The notes under the pieces are model-generated. The model searched no databases. It was not told the DNA's origin and saw nothing but the letters and a program-made list of their open reading frames with translations. This document shows positions 10,985-22,342 of a stretch of 64,000 nt of DNA, in pieces (the stretch's first letter is position 1; every line of letters starts with the position of its first letter). The position numbers were made by a program, and so were the translations under genes. This DNA is from Microthyrium microscopicum (lineage: Eukaryota). The stretch lies in assembly GCA_010405405.1 (NCBI GenBank), contig MU004231.1, forward strand, positions 3,218,401-3,282,400. The letters are read 5' to 3'.

Positions 10985-13900
10985 ATGCGTAAGTCCAGGC
11001 ATCCCATGATCCCTATCTGATCTGCTGCTGCTGCACCTATCAAATTGCCCCATTCGCAACGCGTCTGCGCCACCTTCTTGGTAAATTCCAAAGGGCGAAT
11101 CGATTGTCACCGTCATTTGCCTAGAATCCACCCTTACTACTTAAGCTTTCCTTTATCCCCAGCATTGACCCTTCTTTCTTCCTTTCATCTTTCGATCTCC
11201 GCCTTTGGGATCTGTTGCATTTCGATGGGAAAACCTTCATCTCTAACTTCATTCATAGACCGTATCCGCTCTGGGGCTAGAGCGGAAGCTTCCAGTCGTG
11301 ACCTTCCTCAAAAAGATCGCGGAATCCTTCCCACTACTCAGCCATTGCCCGCCTCTCCACGTCTGGTAGATCCTACTGAGAGCACCCGTGACGAACGCGG
11401 TCGCAAAAAGTCTCGTACCGATACTGGCCTCAAGAGTGCCGGCGCACCGGATACAGTCGCGCACAAGAGCGCGTCACCCAGTCATGATGTCGAGAAATCA
11501 ATACCTATCATGGACAGCTCTGTGTCTCCAAATACCCAATCTCCGGGAGAGACGTCTCCCCCCATAGACGATCCTGATGTGCCTCCTGAAAAGAAAAAGA
11601 TTACTACACGCATGAGAGATGGAATGGTGCGCTTTGGACGCCATACAAATCGTGCTCTATTGCATAACCCAGTCAATATTCTCTTGGTCTTCGTACCTAT
11701 TGGCATCGCGGCGAATTTTGCCCATCTAAGTCCAGGAATTATATTTGGAATGAATGCCATTGCCATTATTCCACTTGCTGGTGTGTTGACCCATGCCACA
11801 GAGAGTGTGGCCAGTCGCTTAGGTGATACCCTGGGCGCATTGCTGAACGTTTCCTTTGGAAACGCAGTGGAACTGATTATTTTGTAAGATTGGTATCTCT
11901 GCCTTTTTTCGCGAAAAGTTTACTAACGTAATCACAGCATGTATGTCTTGACTCACTTGCAACTATGTAGAAGCTCTCTTCATCGAGTATTCTTCACAAT
12001 AGAACACCTCTTGATACCCTTTTTTAATGACCAATTTGCTTACTTCTTTCTTTAAATTTATAGCATTGCACTTGTGAAGGTAAGTAGCGTTCTTCGATTC
12101 TCAAAACATATCTAACTGTTTTCATAGAATGAAATTCGTATCGTACAAGCCTCTTTACTTGGATCAATTCTGGCCAACTTATTACTGGTGAGTTCATATT
12201 ACAAACTGATTCGAGTTCAACTAATAAGACTAGATTCTTGGTATGGCCTTCTTGTTCGGAGGTCTTCGCTATAGAGAGCAGGTTCGTAATGAATTCACAT
12301 GTTCTGATGTGAAAATCTAATTCGCCATTAGATATACAACAGCACGGTCACACAAATGAGTGCTTGTCTCTTGAGCTTGAGCGTCATGAGCTTACTTCTG
12401 CCGGTTCGTATTTCTAGCTTTTCATTCTTTGATATATTACTAAAATTATTACCTAGACTGCATTTCATGCATCCTTTTCGGATCGAGCAACAGCAGATTC
12501 TGCAACTTTAAAGATGAGCCGAGGAACGAGTGTTGTAAGCGAGATTCATCGGTCTTTATGTTTTCATATTAATCGTTCCTAGATTCTTCTCTTAGTCTAT
12601 GGGCTGTATCTGCTGTTCCAGCTCAAGTCGCACGCGTATTTGTACCAAAGCATGCCACAAGAGAAAATCGACGAAGAATCACATCCTGGTGTTCTCCACG
12701 ACGTATTTGAGACTTCGTCATCTTCCTCGGACTCTTCGAGTACTGATTCTGATGATACCGATACCACTTCAGGATCGCATACGACTGCTAAACGTATTAA
12801 ACGTGCTTTCAGACGTAGACGTCGCAAGTCCAGCGGGACAACTGAGAGCATTCCTAGCCATATCTCTTCTCGCCATATCGAGGCAGCTTCAATTGGAGAA
12901 TCGCAGAGCTCACCTCATCCTGGTGTTAGCCGACATCATAGTGCACTCGATGTCATGAGTGGTGATGAAGGCGATAATGAAGCCACCGCATCTCGACTTG
13001 TTGGTATTTCCAAGATTCGCGATTTTGAGGCTTCCGGTTCTGCCATTGCGGCGCAATCTCCAGACCGTGTGAGCAGTCCTGAGAGTCACAAGTTCAAATT
13101 CCGAAGACGCAAGCACAAGAAGAACAAGAAAAAGAAGAAGAAGGCCAGCACATCTACTCCTCCACCTGCTGATGCCGATGAGATTGTTCAAATCCCAGTA
13201 CCAGCACCCCGAGTAGAATTTGTCGATGAGCCTACGGAACTACCACCAACCACGCCTGGATCTGCTGCGGCTAGAAGTCGTGCCGCCTTCCTACGCCCTG
13301 GTCTTCCTAAATTGTTGTCGCAGAACGTCTTCGTTGACCCTCTTCCTATGGGACTTGGGGGTGTTCGATCTACTCGACCTATTCGCCCTGCTGGACCTGG
13401 TCGCTCAAGTTCCCTTCCAGACCTTGCCCGCGCAACCACTGTGCCCGGCCGTGGATATCACCCTTCAGCCATCGCCCGTCTGACTCCTAAGAGAAGCAAG
13501 GCGGAGACCGAAGGCGAAGGCGGCAATGGCGATGAAGAAGAAGACGATTATGAGATGAGCCGCACCGCTGCCGTCGTGATGCTACTGGCATCCACGGCAC
13601 TGGTCGCCCTCTGCGCCGAATTCCTTGTTGATGCCATTCCAGCCATGACGACTAACAGCAGTGTCAGCCAAGCGTTTATTGGTCTCATCATTCTACCAAT
13701 CGTCGGCAATGCAGCTGAGCACGTCACAGCTGTCACCGTTGCTACCAAGAACAAGATGGACCTGGCCATTGGTGTTGCTGTTGGCAGCAGTATCCAGATT
13801 GCATTATTTGTCACGCCACTGGTTGTTCTTATCGGCTGGATCATGAACCTTTCCATGTCATTGTACTTTACCTTGTTTGAGACTATCTCGCTGTTTGTTA

Positions 13901-14117
13901 CGGCGTTTGTTGTCAATTTCTTGGTCCTTGACGGCAAGAGCAACTATCTTGAAGGAACTTTATTGATCTCGGCCTACATTATCATCGCGTAAGTAAACCT
14001 TTCCCAATCACTCTTCGAATACTAATGATATATAGCGTGGCCGCGTTCTTCTACCCGGATAGCGCAGCTGCGAGCGAATTGGGTGGGTCTCTAGGGGCCG
14101 CCAATTCCACCAAATAG
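10985..14117 (+). CDS. Ca2+/H+ exchanger (CAX/VCX1 family) with long central hydrophilic loop; multi-exon
   Basis: Alpha-repeat motifs LLNVSFGNAVELII and ILPIVGNAAEH, plus AVGSSIQIALF and DGKSNYLEG. The likely first coding exon is ATGC (10985-10988), spliced gtaagt..ctaac..catag to 11259 to give MHRIRSGAR; ATG 11225 is the alternative start. Last exon 14036-14117. Confidence 0.92.
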
Positions 14118-14795
14118 CGCATGGTTATACTCTTAAGTAAGAGCATGAGCTAGTAGACTACACGTCAGTATGAAGGTAATATGCAAGATATGCAACTGCT
14201 AGTAGGTGTTGGGCGCTGTCTTGATTGTACACACAGTAATTATAAATTGTAAACGTTTTGTCTCGATATTTCTTGTCATGTTGACCACTGTAGAACCCGG
14301 GGACTATCCTCATTGACAGCATTCCTGTGTGACTTTTTTTATATTGCCTGGGTCTTTCTCTCCTTTCATTTTCTGGGATGTTCTTTCCTGATAGTCTCTC
14401 CTCCAGCTTTTATGTCCTTGCGGAATAACTTCAACAAGGAACGGTAGATAAACTTCACTCGCATGCCTTCAATAACTCCGCGCGGCTCAACTGTCAAGCG
14501 CCTCTTGAGGTTTTGGCGAATGACGACATGTTGCTGAGAGCTGCAATGAGCCGTGGCAGGTCAATCTGCATCTTTTACAGGCTCTTGTTTCCTGCTGTTG
14601 TTTCCTGCAGTGGTTTCGCTGACCCCTTCCCTAATGTTCTTGCCTCACTAAACCAGAATCCCAAGGACAAGCTACATCAAATTGTTCATTGCGTCCTTAT
14701 CTCTTCCATCCATCCGCTTATCACCTCCAACTCCTGTAGCTTCCTTAACTCATCTTTACACTCATCATCCCTAACACAAAGCATGAAGTTGTATT

Positions 14796-16361
14796 ATGCC
14801 TGAAGAACACGCCGGGTGGAACAAGCAATTTGATTTCTCGTCTGACATCGACGACAAATCGCAAAGCTCCGAGGACAGCGGGAAACCTCAAAAGCGCATC
14901 CGACCAGCATTGCATCGAGAACACTCGGATGACCAACATTCATTACGCGCGACTCTCGAAGCCTTCGGTAACCGAGTATCAGAACACCTTTCATCTCACT
15001 CTTCGGCTGAGAGTAACCCAGCTCAGCTGAAACACCACCACGGGCCCGACATGCGAATGTTCAAGTTGGCGGCAAGATTGAAGAAGCTGAAGAAAATTGA
15101 AGCTGAAAGGCAGCTGCGTGATGGTGAGAAATGGAAAGGTAGAGCCGGTCCAGTGGATCCTAGTGACGCCGGGAGTGACCATGTTTTAACGCCGTTATCT
15201 GAGGAAAGGCCTGCTGCGGAAAGCTTGGAATCTCGCCGACTGAGGTCTCCTCTCAAGGAGCTTACTGATAGCTTCTTGGGAGCTTTTGGAAGGAAGAAGC
15301 TAGAGTCTATTAGCTCGTCACCTAGCAGGTCTGCGCCCGATGGATCGGAATTGAGGCAAAGTTCAGTGCCCAGTTCTGTCAGGCGAACCTCAAAGCTTAG
15401 TAGCTTGCGCTTGTCTCGCGAAGATCGACTCGTGTCGCTGGCTCCGACCAAGGCTGAGGTTATGACTGGATCGGAAAGAAAAGCATCAGCTCCACCACAG
15501 GATCCTGAAAGCGCAGTAGATGTGAGACCATGCTGCACAGTCTCTTCTTTTCGACGAGATGATAACGATGGTGAAAGCGAAAATGACGGACTTCGAGCGT
15601 CAAGCAATTCGAATCGATCAGATTTCAAGTTGGGCTTTTTCCGATCAAACCCTATTCGAGTCTCGCCAGATGCCGATTCAAAGAGCACCTTGAGTGCGAA
15701 AACAACAAAGAGTAAATCCAGGCCTTCATTCCTCAAACTAGGTCACTCGTCGAGCGACCAGCAAGTCTCGTGGTTCGCAAAGTTGCGACATGATCCTGCT
15801 GAGAAATCGGCACAGTCGCCTTCATCAACATCGTCTCCCAATTTCGATGGCGTTAGCTATTTTTCAAAACGACGAGAATCCCATTCTCATGCCAATTCTC
15901 CTTACGCCGAGAGCAAGTCCCACCCGGTGTCTCCAGCTCCACCTAGTGCCTGCACTTTCAATCAACGGATCGCAACGCCAGGACCCAACCAGATGTTGCC
16001 GTTCCTTTCCGATGTCCATCTCCCAGCACTGCCTCCATTGCAGCTTAAAAACAAGGGCAAAAGACGAGGGCATCTTCCACAATCCGCAGCTTCTCGCGCC
16101 AGAGAAGAAGTCACACTAAGCGAGGAAGAAGCCGACGTTGCTCCCCGGGATTGGTATCAAGTCCGGCTGGACAACATACTGGATGACTCGTATGATAATT
16201 ATACAGCGGGTGCCGCAAGCCTACGCGACATACCAGATCATCTACCGAATAGCCCAATGTGTCCACGGCATCCAAAGCATCCAACGGGAGGTACGGGTAT
16301 CTGTCCAGTACATGGCAAGATGAGCACACAGGTGCGATCATCTCCTCAGCTACCACTATAG
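14796..16361 (+). CDS. Hypothetical Ser/Arg-rich, probably disordered protein with C-terminal Cys/His motif
   Basis: 521-aa intronless ORF ending in PDHLPNSPMCPRHPKHPTGGTGICPVHG. Confidence 0.75.
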   Translation: MPEEHAGWNKQFDFSSDIDDKSQSSEDSGKPQKRIRPALHREHSDDQHSLRATLEAFGNRVSEHLSSHSSAESNPAQLKHHHGPDMRMFKLAARLKKLKKIEAERQLRDGEKWKGRAGPVDPSDAGSDHVLTPLSEERPAAESLESRRLRSPLKELTDSFLGAFGRKKLESISSSPSRSAPDGSELRQSSVPSSVRRTSKLSSLRLSREDRLVSLAPTKAEVMTGSERKASAPPQDPESAVDVRPCCTVSSFRRDDNDGESENDGLRASSNSNRSDFKLGFFRSNPIRVSPDADSKSTLSAKTTKSKSRPSFLKLGHSSSDQQVSWFAKLRHDPAEKSAQSPSSTSSPNFDGVSYFSKRRESHSHANSPYAESKSHPVSPAPPSACTFNQRIATPGPNQMLPFLSDVHLPALPPLQLKNKGKRRGHLPQSAASRAREEVTLSEEEADVAPRDWYQVRLDNILDDSYDNYTAGAASLRDIPDHLPNSPMCPRHPKHPTGGTGICPVHGKMSTQVRSSPQLPL

Positions 16362-16404
16362 ATTGATAGACGTTGTCCTAGAAATTAATACTCTATTGTT
16401 CTAT

Positions 16405-18181
16405 TTAGAGTGCCCAGCTTCCATATTTTTGCTGAAATAGGCGCATTGAAGACTGATTGCTCATGTTGATGTACTCTGCCGTTACATGCCACGAGCCATT
16501 TGGTCCATTTGGTTTGGAGTAGAAGTTGACTGTGCTGCCCTTTGCTGTTGCTGGCAGCGGTGGCATTTCAATCTTTTGTATTCGGAATTCTTCTGGTGGT
16601 AGCTGATCATCCTTTGGTATCTGTCCTGGTTTTAGGCCTGGGATGCTTGCTTCTTCAAGCTCCATTACCCGCTTGAAGAGCAGCTCGCTGGTGCGTGAGT
16701 CAAAAATGGCCTCTTTCTGTGGGCATGCTCGAAGTAGTCGTAGACCTTTGCGTCGTAACTGTGGATAGCGGCACTTCAGCACCAGAAACTGGAGGGCTGG
16801 GAGATAGATGGGCTCGAAGCAAAAGAATTTGGACTCGTCGTCAGGAAAGCGTATTTGGTCGTCAGTCACAGTCTCAACGTATTTGGCAATCTGTTCAAAG
16901 GCCTCTTTGAACGCATCCCATTCAGTTTCGTACTCGAAGAATGCACCCTCTAACCACAACTTCATTGTCCACCAACTGGCTAATATCAGGTTGGCGCCGT
17001 TGCGCACCGCTGGAGACCATGTACCTGCGTCCTTCTCCATCATGTTTTCAAAGCTGATCTTCCAGTCGTTGTATGTTCCAAGCACGATCAGCTGCATGGC
17101 CTTGTCATTGGAGCTCACGGCGCGTCCCTTTGAATAGTCGTTGAACTTTTGCACTATCTGAATAGTTTGGTCGACAATGTCGACGAGGGAAGCACGTGCA
17201 TCGACGATATTGTTGAATGGCCCGCTGAGGTGTCGTACGGTTGAGGAAGAGGAGAGGTTATTAATACTGTGAGACACGCCGCCAAACATTACTGAGATCA
17301 TGTTTAGCCATGAGAAAACTAAGACGAGGTCAGATTCTATAAAATCAAAATCTGACTTCAGTGCGCTAGTCTCATTAAGCTCGAGAGCTCTGTGATACCG
17401 TTCCCTCCAGATTTGAAGTAGTTTGAGGCCTCCACGAATGTGCTTCAAAGCCACGGGAATGTCTTTGCGAAGGCAGTCTATGCAGAAGAATATGACGCAC
17501 GACGTCAGGAGGACTCGTATGGACTCTAGATTATCCAAACCGTTGGCGGTATCCCGAAGGGCGCGGTTGTAATATTCCAAGGCGAATTGTTCTTGTGGGT
17601 CCGACACATCTTTGGGGTTCGTCTCTTGCTTCAGTGTTATCTCGTAGAGACTTGAAAATGCGACGATCGACGTCCGTATGACTGGTTCTTCAAGACACAA
17701 TACCAGTATCTTTTGATTCCAGAAGCTTTGGTGGAAGTAGCCACCAAGACGAGGCGCGATTTTGAAGTAGAAATATTCCATGCAACTCCTTTCTCGGGAA
17801 TTCTGGGTTGGTAATCTTTGAAGCGAGCGCTCTATTTGACTGGTGGCTGGTTCAACTGGACTGTCCGGACTTTGATTGAGATGTCGATAACCTCCGCACC
17901 GAATGCCAATGTTGATGCATCTACAGGTTAGTTAGTTTTGAAGATCGAAAGAGAGCATTACTCATTTGCCTTTCACATTCTGGGCGTTGTTCATCACACT
18001 TCACGTGTCGAATCCTACAAGACGATCAGTACGCGACCTGTAAATGCCATGACAAAAGGACCAATTACTTGCAAGTCAGACAGCCAGTCCTCACTTTGGG
18101 TGCACTGAGTCTAGACCGTTTGTTCTTCGAGATCCCATTGCTTGTAGGAGCTTTTCTGGCTTGAGGAGATGGCTTCCTCAT
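16405..18181 (-). CDS. Zn(II)2Cys6 transcription factor with fungal C-terminal TF domain; 3 exons, second intron GC-AG
   Basis: The spliced N-terminus MRKPSPQ...[36 protein letters not shown] is a complete C6 cluster and runs in frame into ORF 16405..17781 (ALEYYNRAL, ALKHIRGGLKLL, KCRYPQLRRKGLRLL). Confidence 0.9.
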
Positions 18182-19303
18182 CCCGTCTATTGAAGAGAGC
18201 AAAACTTTTGTAGTAGTTTAATGCACCGCCTTCTTACTTTGTGGGTTTGTAAAGTTATGTGCTTGAGCCTGTAGTATTCATGGCACTGTACAAAGGAAGA
18301 ATGTGAATGATCGATCCCCGGAAAACTTGAAGTATGTCTGGCATTAGCTCATCACTTAGGCACGATATGAGGCGTCTGTACCATAAGTAATCCGTGGAAG
18401 CTCAAAGCGTTCTTTTCCAACAGTTGTATAGGACGCTTGGTGCTCCGATAGTCACTTGAGCTAAGAAACTTGCTTTAATATCATGTTCATCAATTGCCCT
18501 CATCGAGCTATCGATGCCCTGTCACTGAAACATTTTGTCCCCTCGATCACTCTAGCCCAATAATATACACGATTAGCGTGGACTGACTAGCCACAGGTAA
18601 AAGCTAAAATCATTTCAAGGCATAAATTGACGACCGATGAGACTACATTGGTACTGTATAGGAGGAACATCCTTGGAGAGAAGTGACTTCTACCTTGTAC
18701 TGAACCACCTGGTGCCCCTGATTGTACGTCTAAGCTCTCGACAATATAGACAAAGTCTGGAGAAGCTTATCATTTGGTCATTGTGGATTTGCTTGAAGTG
18801 CTTGATATGCTTGAAAGCTATTACTTACGGAGCTAGCCATCGTTCTCAAGCGCCATCCCATCTCGCCGTCGCTCGTCCTTAGCGCAATTATCACCCATCA
18901 TGGGCCACAACGGAGGCCCTACAGAGTGGTCGATATGGGCCCGTTAAATGCTCCACATCTGACTTGTCTCGCGTGATTGCTCTAGTTGGGGCAAATTCTG
19001 CCGGCGGGCTCGGTTTTGCCGCCTATATATTTCTTCCCACCCAGTATTTGAGGGCTATAATTGATTGCATATAGAGTCTACTGCTCGGTAGGTGCCGGCG
19101 GGTAAGGACGATCAAACTACGGGGTCTGCAGGGCTTGGACGGAATGTACTCCGCCGGTTCTATCTGATAAGTGACAGGCGATCTTTTTGATAATAACCAA
19201 AGTTCTCGTTGCCTCCAATCTGCCACTCACATCTATGAGTATCTTACTTTCATTGAGTGCGTAGTCGGTCGGGTAAAGTCTCGATTAAGGCAGAAAATAA
19301 GCA

Positions 19304-19843
19304 ATGCTCCCATTACAAAGTAAGGCGGTAGCCATCACCGCGGGTGAGACACCGCCGCTTCTGAAGACCATACTCTCTCATTCCCAATTTGATGATCTGT
19401 GCGTAACCGACTTCGTGCCAGACAGGACTTACTCCTGGAAAGAAGGAGAACCTAGTCAAGGAGAAGCTTCATTGGTTTACGCATCGACTCGCGTGCTGGA
19501 GAAGACAAATCCCCGAGATCTTACCATGATGAAGCAAATCCCACTATACCAACCACTTGACAATCTTGTGGCAAAACCTTTGCTAGACAAATATCGGTTG
19601 GCAGTTAACACAACCGAACTACGAAGAGCAAGAGCGCTGCCAGCGGATATGGCAGCAGACCCTGCTGCTGGAAATGTGACGAGAACAGGACCTAATACGA
19701 TAATTCACAGGTACTTCTGCGTATTCGATGGTGAACAAAGTAGTCGATCACAAAAGGCAGCGAATGGGAGCCAACAAGGCGCACCATCCATACTCTTGGA
19801 GCCTGAGGAGTCAAGTCTATGCAGTAACTGCATGGCAAAGTAA
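19304..19843 (+). CDS. Possible hypothetical protein (179 aa); its stop codon lies inside the left arm of a foldback element
   Basis: ATG-initiated ORF with no recognisable motif. Confidence 0.3.
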   Translation: MLPLQSKAVAITAGETPPLLKTILSHSQFDDLCVTDFVPDRTYSWKEGEPSQGEASLVYASTRVLEKTNPRDLTMMKQIPLYQPLDNLVAKPLLDKYRLAVNTTELRRARALPADMAADPAAGNVTRTGPNTIIHRYFCVFDGEQSSRSQKAANGSQQGAPSILLEPEESSLCSNCMAK

Positions 19844-20022
19844 ATGGCGTACTCCCATCAACTCTGATACGCTACGCTCTATTATCGAGTGCTTTATTTG
19901 CCGTAAAGGGCTGTCGGATTGGGGACATTTAATAAGTACTATGGGAACTGAAGCACCTTCTGGTAGCAGCACTGGTGGTAGCCACTGGAGTTGATGGGAG
20001 TAGGCCATTTATTTTGCCATGC
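19830..20022. mobile_element. Foldback/MITE-like element, family C copy 1
   Basis: About 35-bp TIR GCATGGCAAA(G/A)TAAATGGC(G/C)TACTCCCATCAACTC with 2 mismatches. Internal GCTACGCTCT..ATCGAGTGCT is shared with the copy at 33990. Confidence 0.8.
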
Positions 20023-20415
20023 CGTAGGCAGTGAAGTCATTAGTATGCAGTGAAAATCAAATGGTAATTCATGTACTCTGACTGCCAAATCCAGGCCTCA
20101 ACGCTCCAACTTTCAGCCGGCCTGATTGATAATCTAGTGAGAACCTTCACTCTGTAATTGTAGTGTTCTGTCAACTGGTGAGCTTTGATCCAATTCCAGA
20201 AGCTATAAGGCTGGAAAGCTAACCAATAACTGACTAGCATATCTTCATAAGCCAATGGCATGCCCTTAAAGGTTACCATTGCTCCAATCAAATCCCACTC
20301 TACTTCTCCCATCAACCGCAACATTCTACCCTTGAGCCTGCTTGTCAGACTTCCTCTCCTTACTCTATTCTTTCGAATATCTGCTTAAATCTTCGCGAAC
20401 CACATTTCATCCAAC

Positions 20416-21513
20416 ATGCCTTTGGATTTCATGGCCTTCCCAGGCGAAATCCGGAACATGATCTACAAGGAACTGCTAGTGTTGCCTGAACCTATCAAGC
20501 TTAGGAACGCTTTCTCGCAGAAGAAATCCTCATCTCTCAATAGACACCCCTCGCGTTCATTGACCTATAGAGCCTGGAGCGAAAAGAACCTGGAGCGACT
20601 GAATTATGTCCTTTCCTCCGAGCCGGAAGTCAACGTGAAGACCGACTACCAGGGCAAGTGGATGCTAGATCCATACAACCCAGAGGGAGAGTCATTCCTC
20701 GACAAACAAGCTCAATCAGGCAAGTCTGGAGCTCATGCTGCCATCTCCAGTGGTCACCGAATCTTCGTACAGATACTTCGTACCAGCAAAGTCGTCCATG
20801 ACGAGGCCAGCTCTCTGCTCTACGGACTGAACCAATTCCAGTTCTTTCATACTTCACTGCATGGTCTCTTTCAAGACGGCTTCGAAAAAGAGTGGAACGT
20901 TCTCGAGCTCTTCCTGAGGACTATTGGTGAGCACAATGTCAATCATATGCGCCATCTCATGATTTGCTACCCTTACATGCTGCGAAAGTGTGATGTGTAT
21001 GGTGGCGGCGAATATGAATACAGCATGGAGATCCAGCCATGTAGTCTTCGGTGTCTTGGACTCATGATTCGTCAGTGTAAAAGTCTCGACACTCTGGAGA
21101 TGTCCATCGACACACCATTCAATTCGATCAATCCCTTGAAGATGTTGGTCGAGTCTTCCGACAATTGGGACGCCGATCCCATCCGAAAAGTAGCTCTCAA
21201 GCTCCGAAAAATTACATCTCTGAAGCAGATCCTCATCACAACCAGCACGGAACATTTGCCGTACTGGAAGACAAAGGATGCCATGGTGAAGCGTGGATGG
21301 ATTGTGTCAGCGAAATCCAACAAGGAGGATCCAAACTATGATGACAGCTGGTATGATAAGAGTTGGGGTCTTGAGTTGAAGAATTGGGGTCAGAACTGGC
21401 ACCGCCACGTGGTTCGCGTGGACTCAAGCGATGAAGATGAGGCACGAGAGTATACAGAGGAACAACCATGGGCTCACTTTGACAATGAGGACAAAAATTA
21501 TTGGGATTATTGA
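20416..21513 (+). CDS. Hypothetical protein with N-terminal F-box-like motif
   Basis: 365-aa intronless ORF with FMAFPGEIRNMIYKELL and ILRTSKVVHDEASSLLYGLNQFQF, typical of fungal F-box-like orphan families. Confidence 0.8.
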   Translation: MPLDFMAFPGEIRNMIYKELLVLPEPIKLRNAFSQKKSSSLNRHPSRSLTYRAWSEKNLERLNYVLSSEPEVNVKTDYQGKWMLDPYNPEGESFLDKQAQSGKSGAHAAISSGHRIFVQILRTSKVVHDEASSLLYGLNQFQFFHTSLHGLFQDGFEKEWNVLELFLRTIGEHNVNHMRHLMICYPYMLRKCDVYGGGEYEYSMEIQPCSLRCLGLMIRQCKSLDTLEMSIDTPFNSINPLKMLVESSDNWDADPIRKVALKLRKITSLKQILITTSTEHLPYWKTKDAMVKRGWIVSAKSNKEDPNYDDSWYDKSWGLELKNWGQNWHRHVVRVDSSDEDEAREYTEEQPWAHFDNEDKNYWDY

Positions 21514-21711
21514 TGTCATGCTATCTTCCCTGACTTTTGTTATCTCACAGCTTCTTGTAATCTTCCCAACTTTCTTTCATTTTGGAAACTTCTGTTTTCT
21601 TCAAAAACTCAGTCAGGCAATATGTCATATTTCACCTCGATAGGACAAACAGAACGTTTATCTGCCTTGTTATACAACATTCTATTGAAAGCGATGGGAA
21701 ATATAACCCCT

Positions 21712-21743
21712 TCTAATCAATAGCGGTCTAATCAATAGCGGTC
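21712..21743. repeat. 15-bp tandem duplication
   Basis: TCTAATCAATAGCGG x2 followed by TC. Confidence 0.8.
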
Positions 21744-22342
21744 GTGGGAGCCATCAACGCTGATGGGAGAAAGCCAGTTATCTTGTCCATCAGCTGCATG
21801 CCTGAAAAGACCACCCTGTACATTGATATCTTTCGTGACTTACGTGAACAAGCAGTTAGACCTTGTGTCATTTACGATATGCGAGCTTTAATCCGGCCTA
21901 GAAACAAATGCCATGCAGGCAATTTCGAGCCATTTCATGGCCGTAGGGGCGGAATATCTAGCCTTCCAAATGACAAAATAAGTGAACCATTTCGACGACT
22001 TTTTCCATCTGTCCATGGAGAGGTATCTTAATCAGTCTAGGGTAGTAGGTTTGTCATGGTGCGGATCCTCAGTCTTTCGCTATCACCCAATAGCCATGCA
22101 ATCCAGGGGTTCTGTCAAAGCATACCTAAGGCACAAACATTGCCAAAGCTAGGAATTGCCCGTGGAAAATGAACATAGCACTCCATGATAGCCAAACCAG
22201 CCTAGATCTATGGCTAGTAGGACTCTTGCCTATAAATGAGTACGAAGAAGATAATGATTTCTGTAAAATGTAAGCGCTTGATCATGAGCTACACACATAT
22301 CTATCATAAACATTGAATACCGGCAGGACAAACTGGAGTGTC

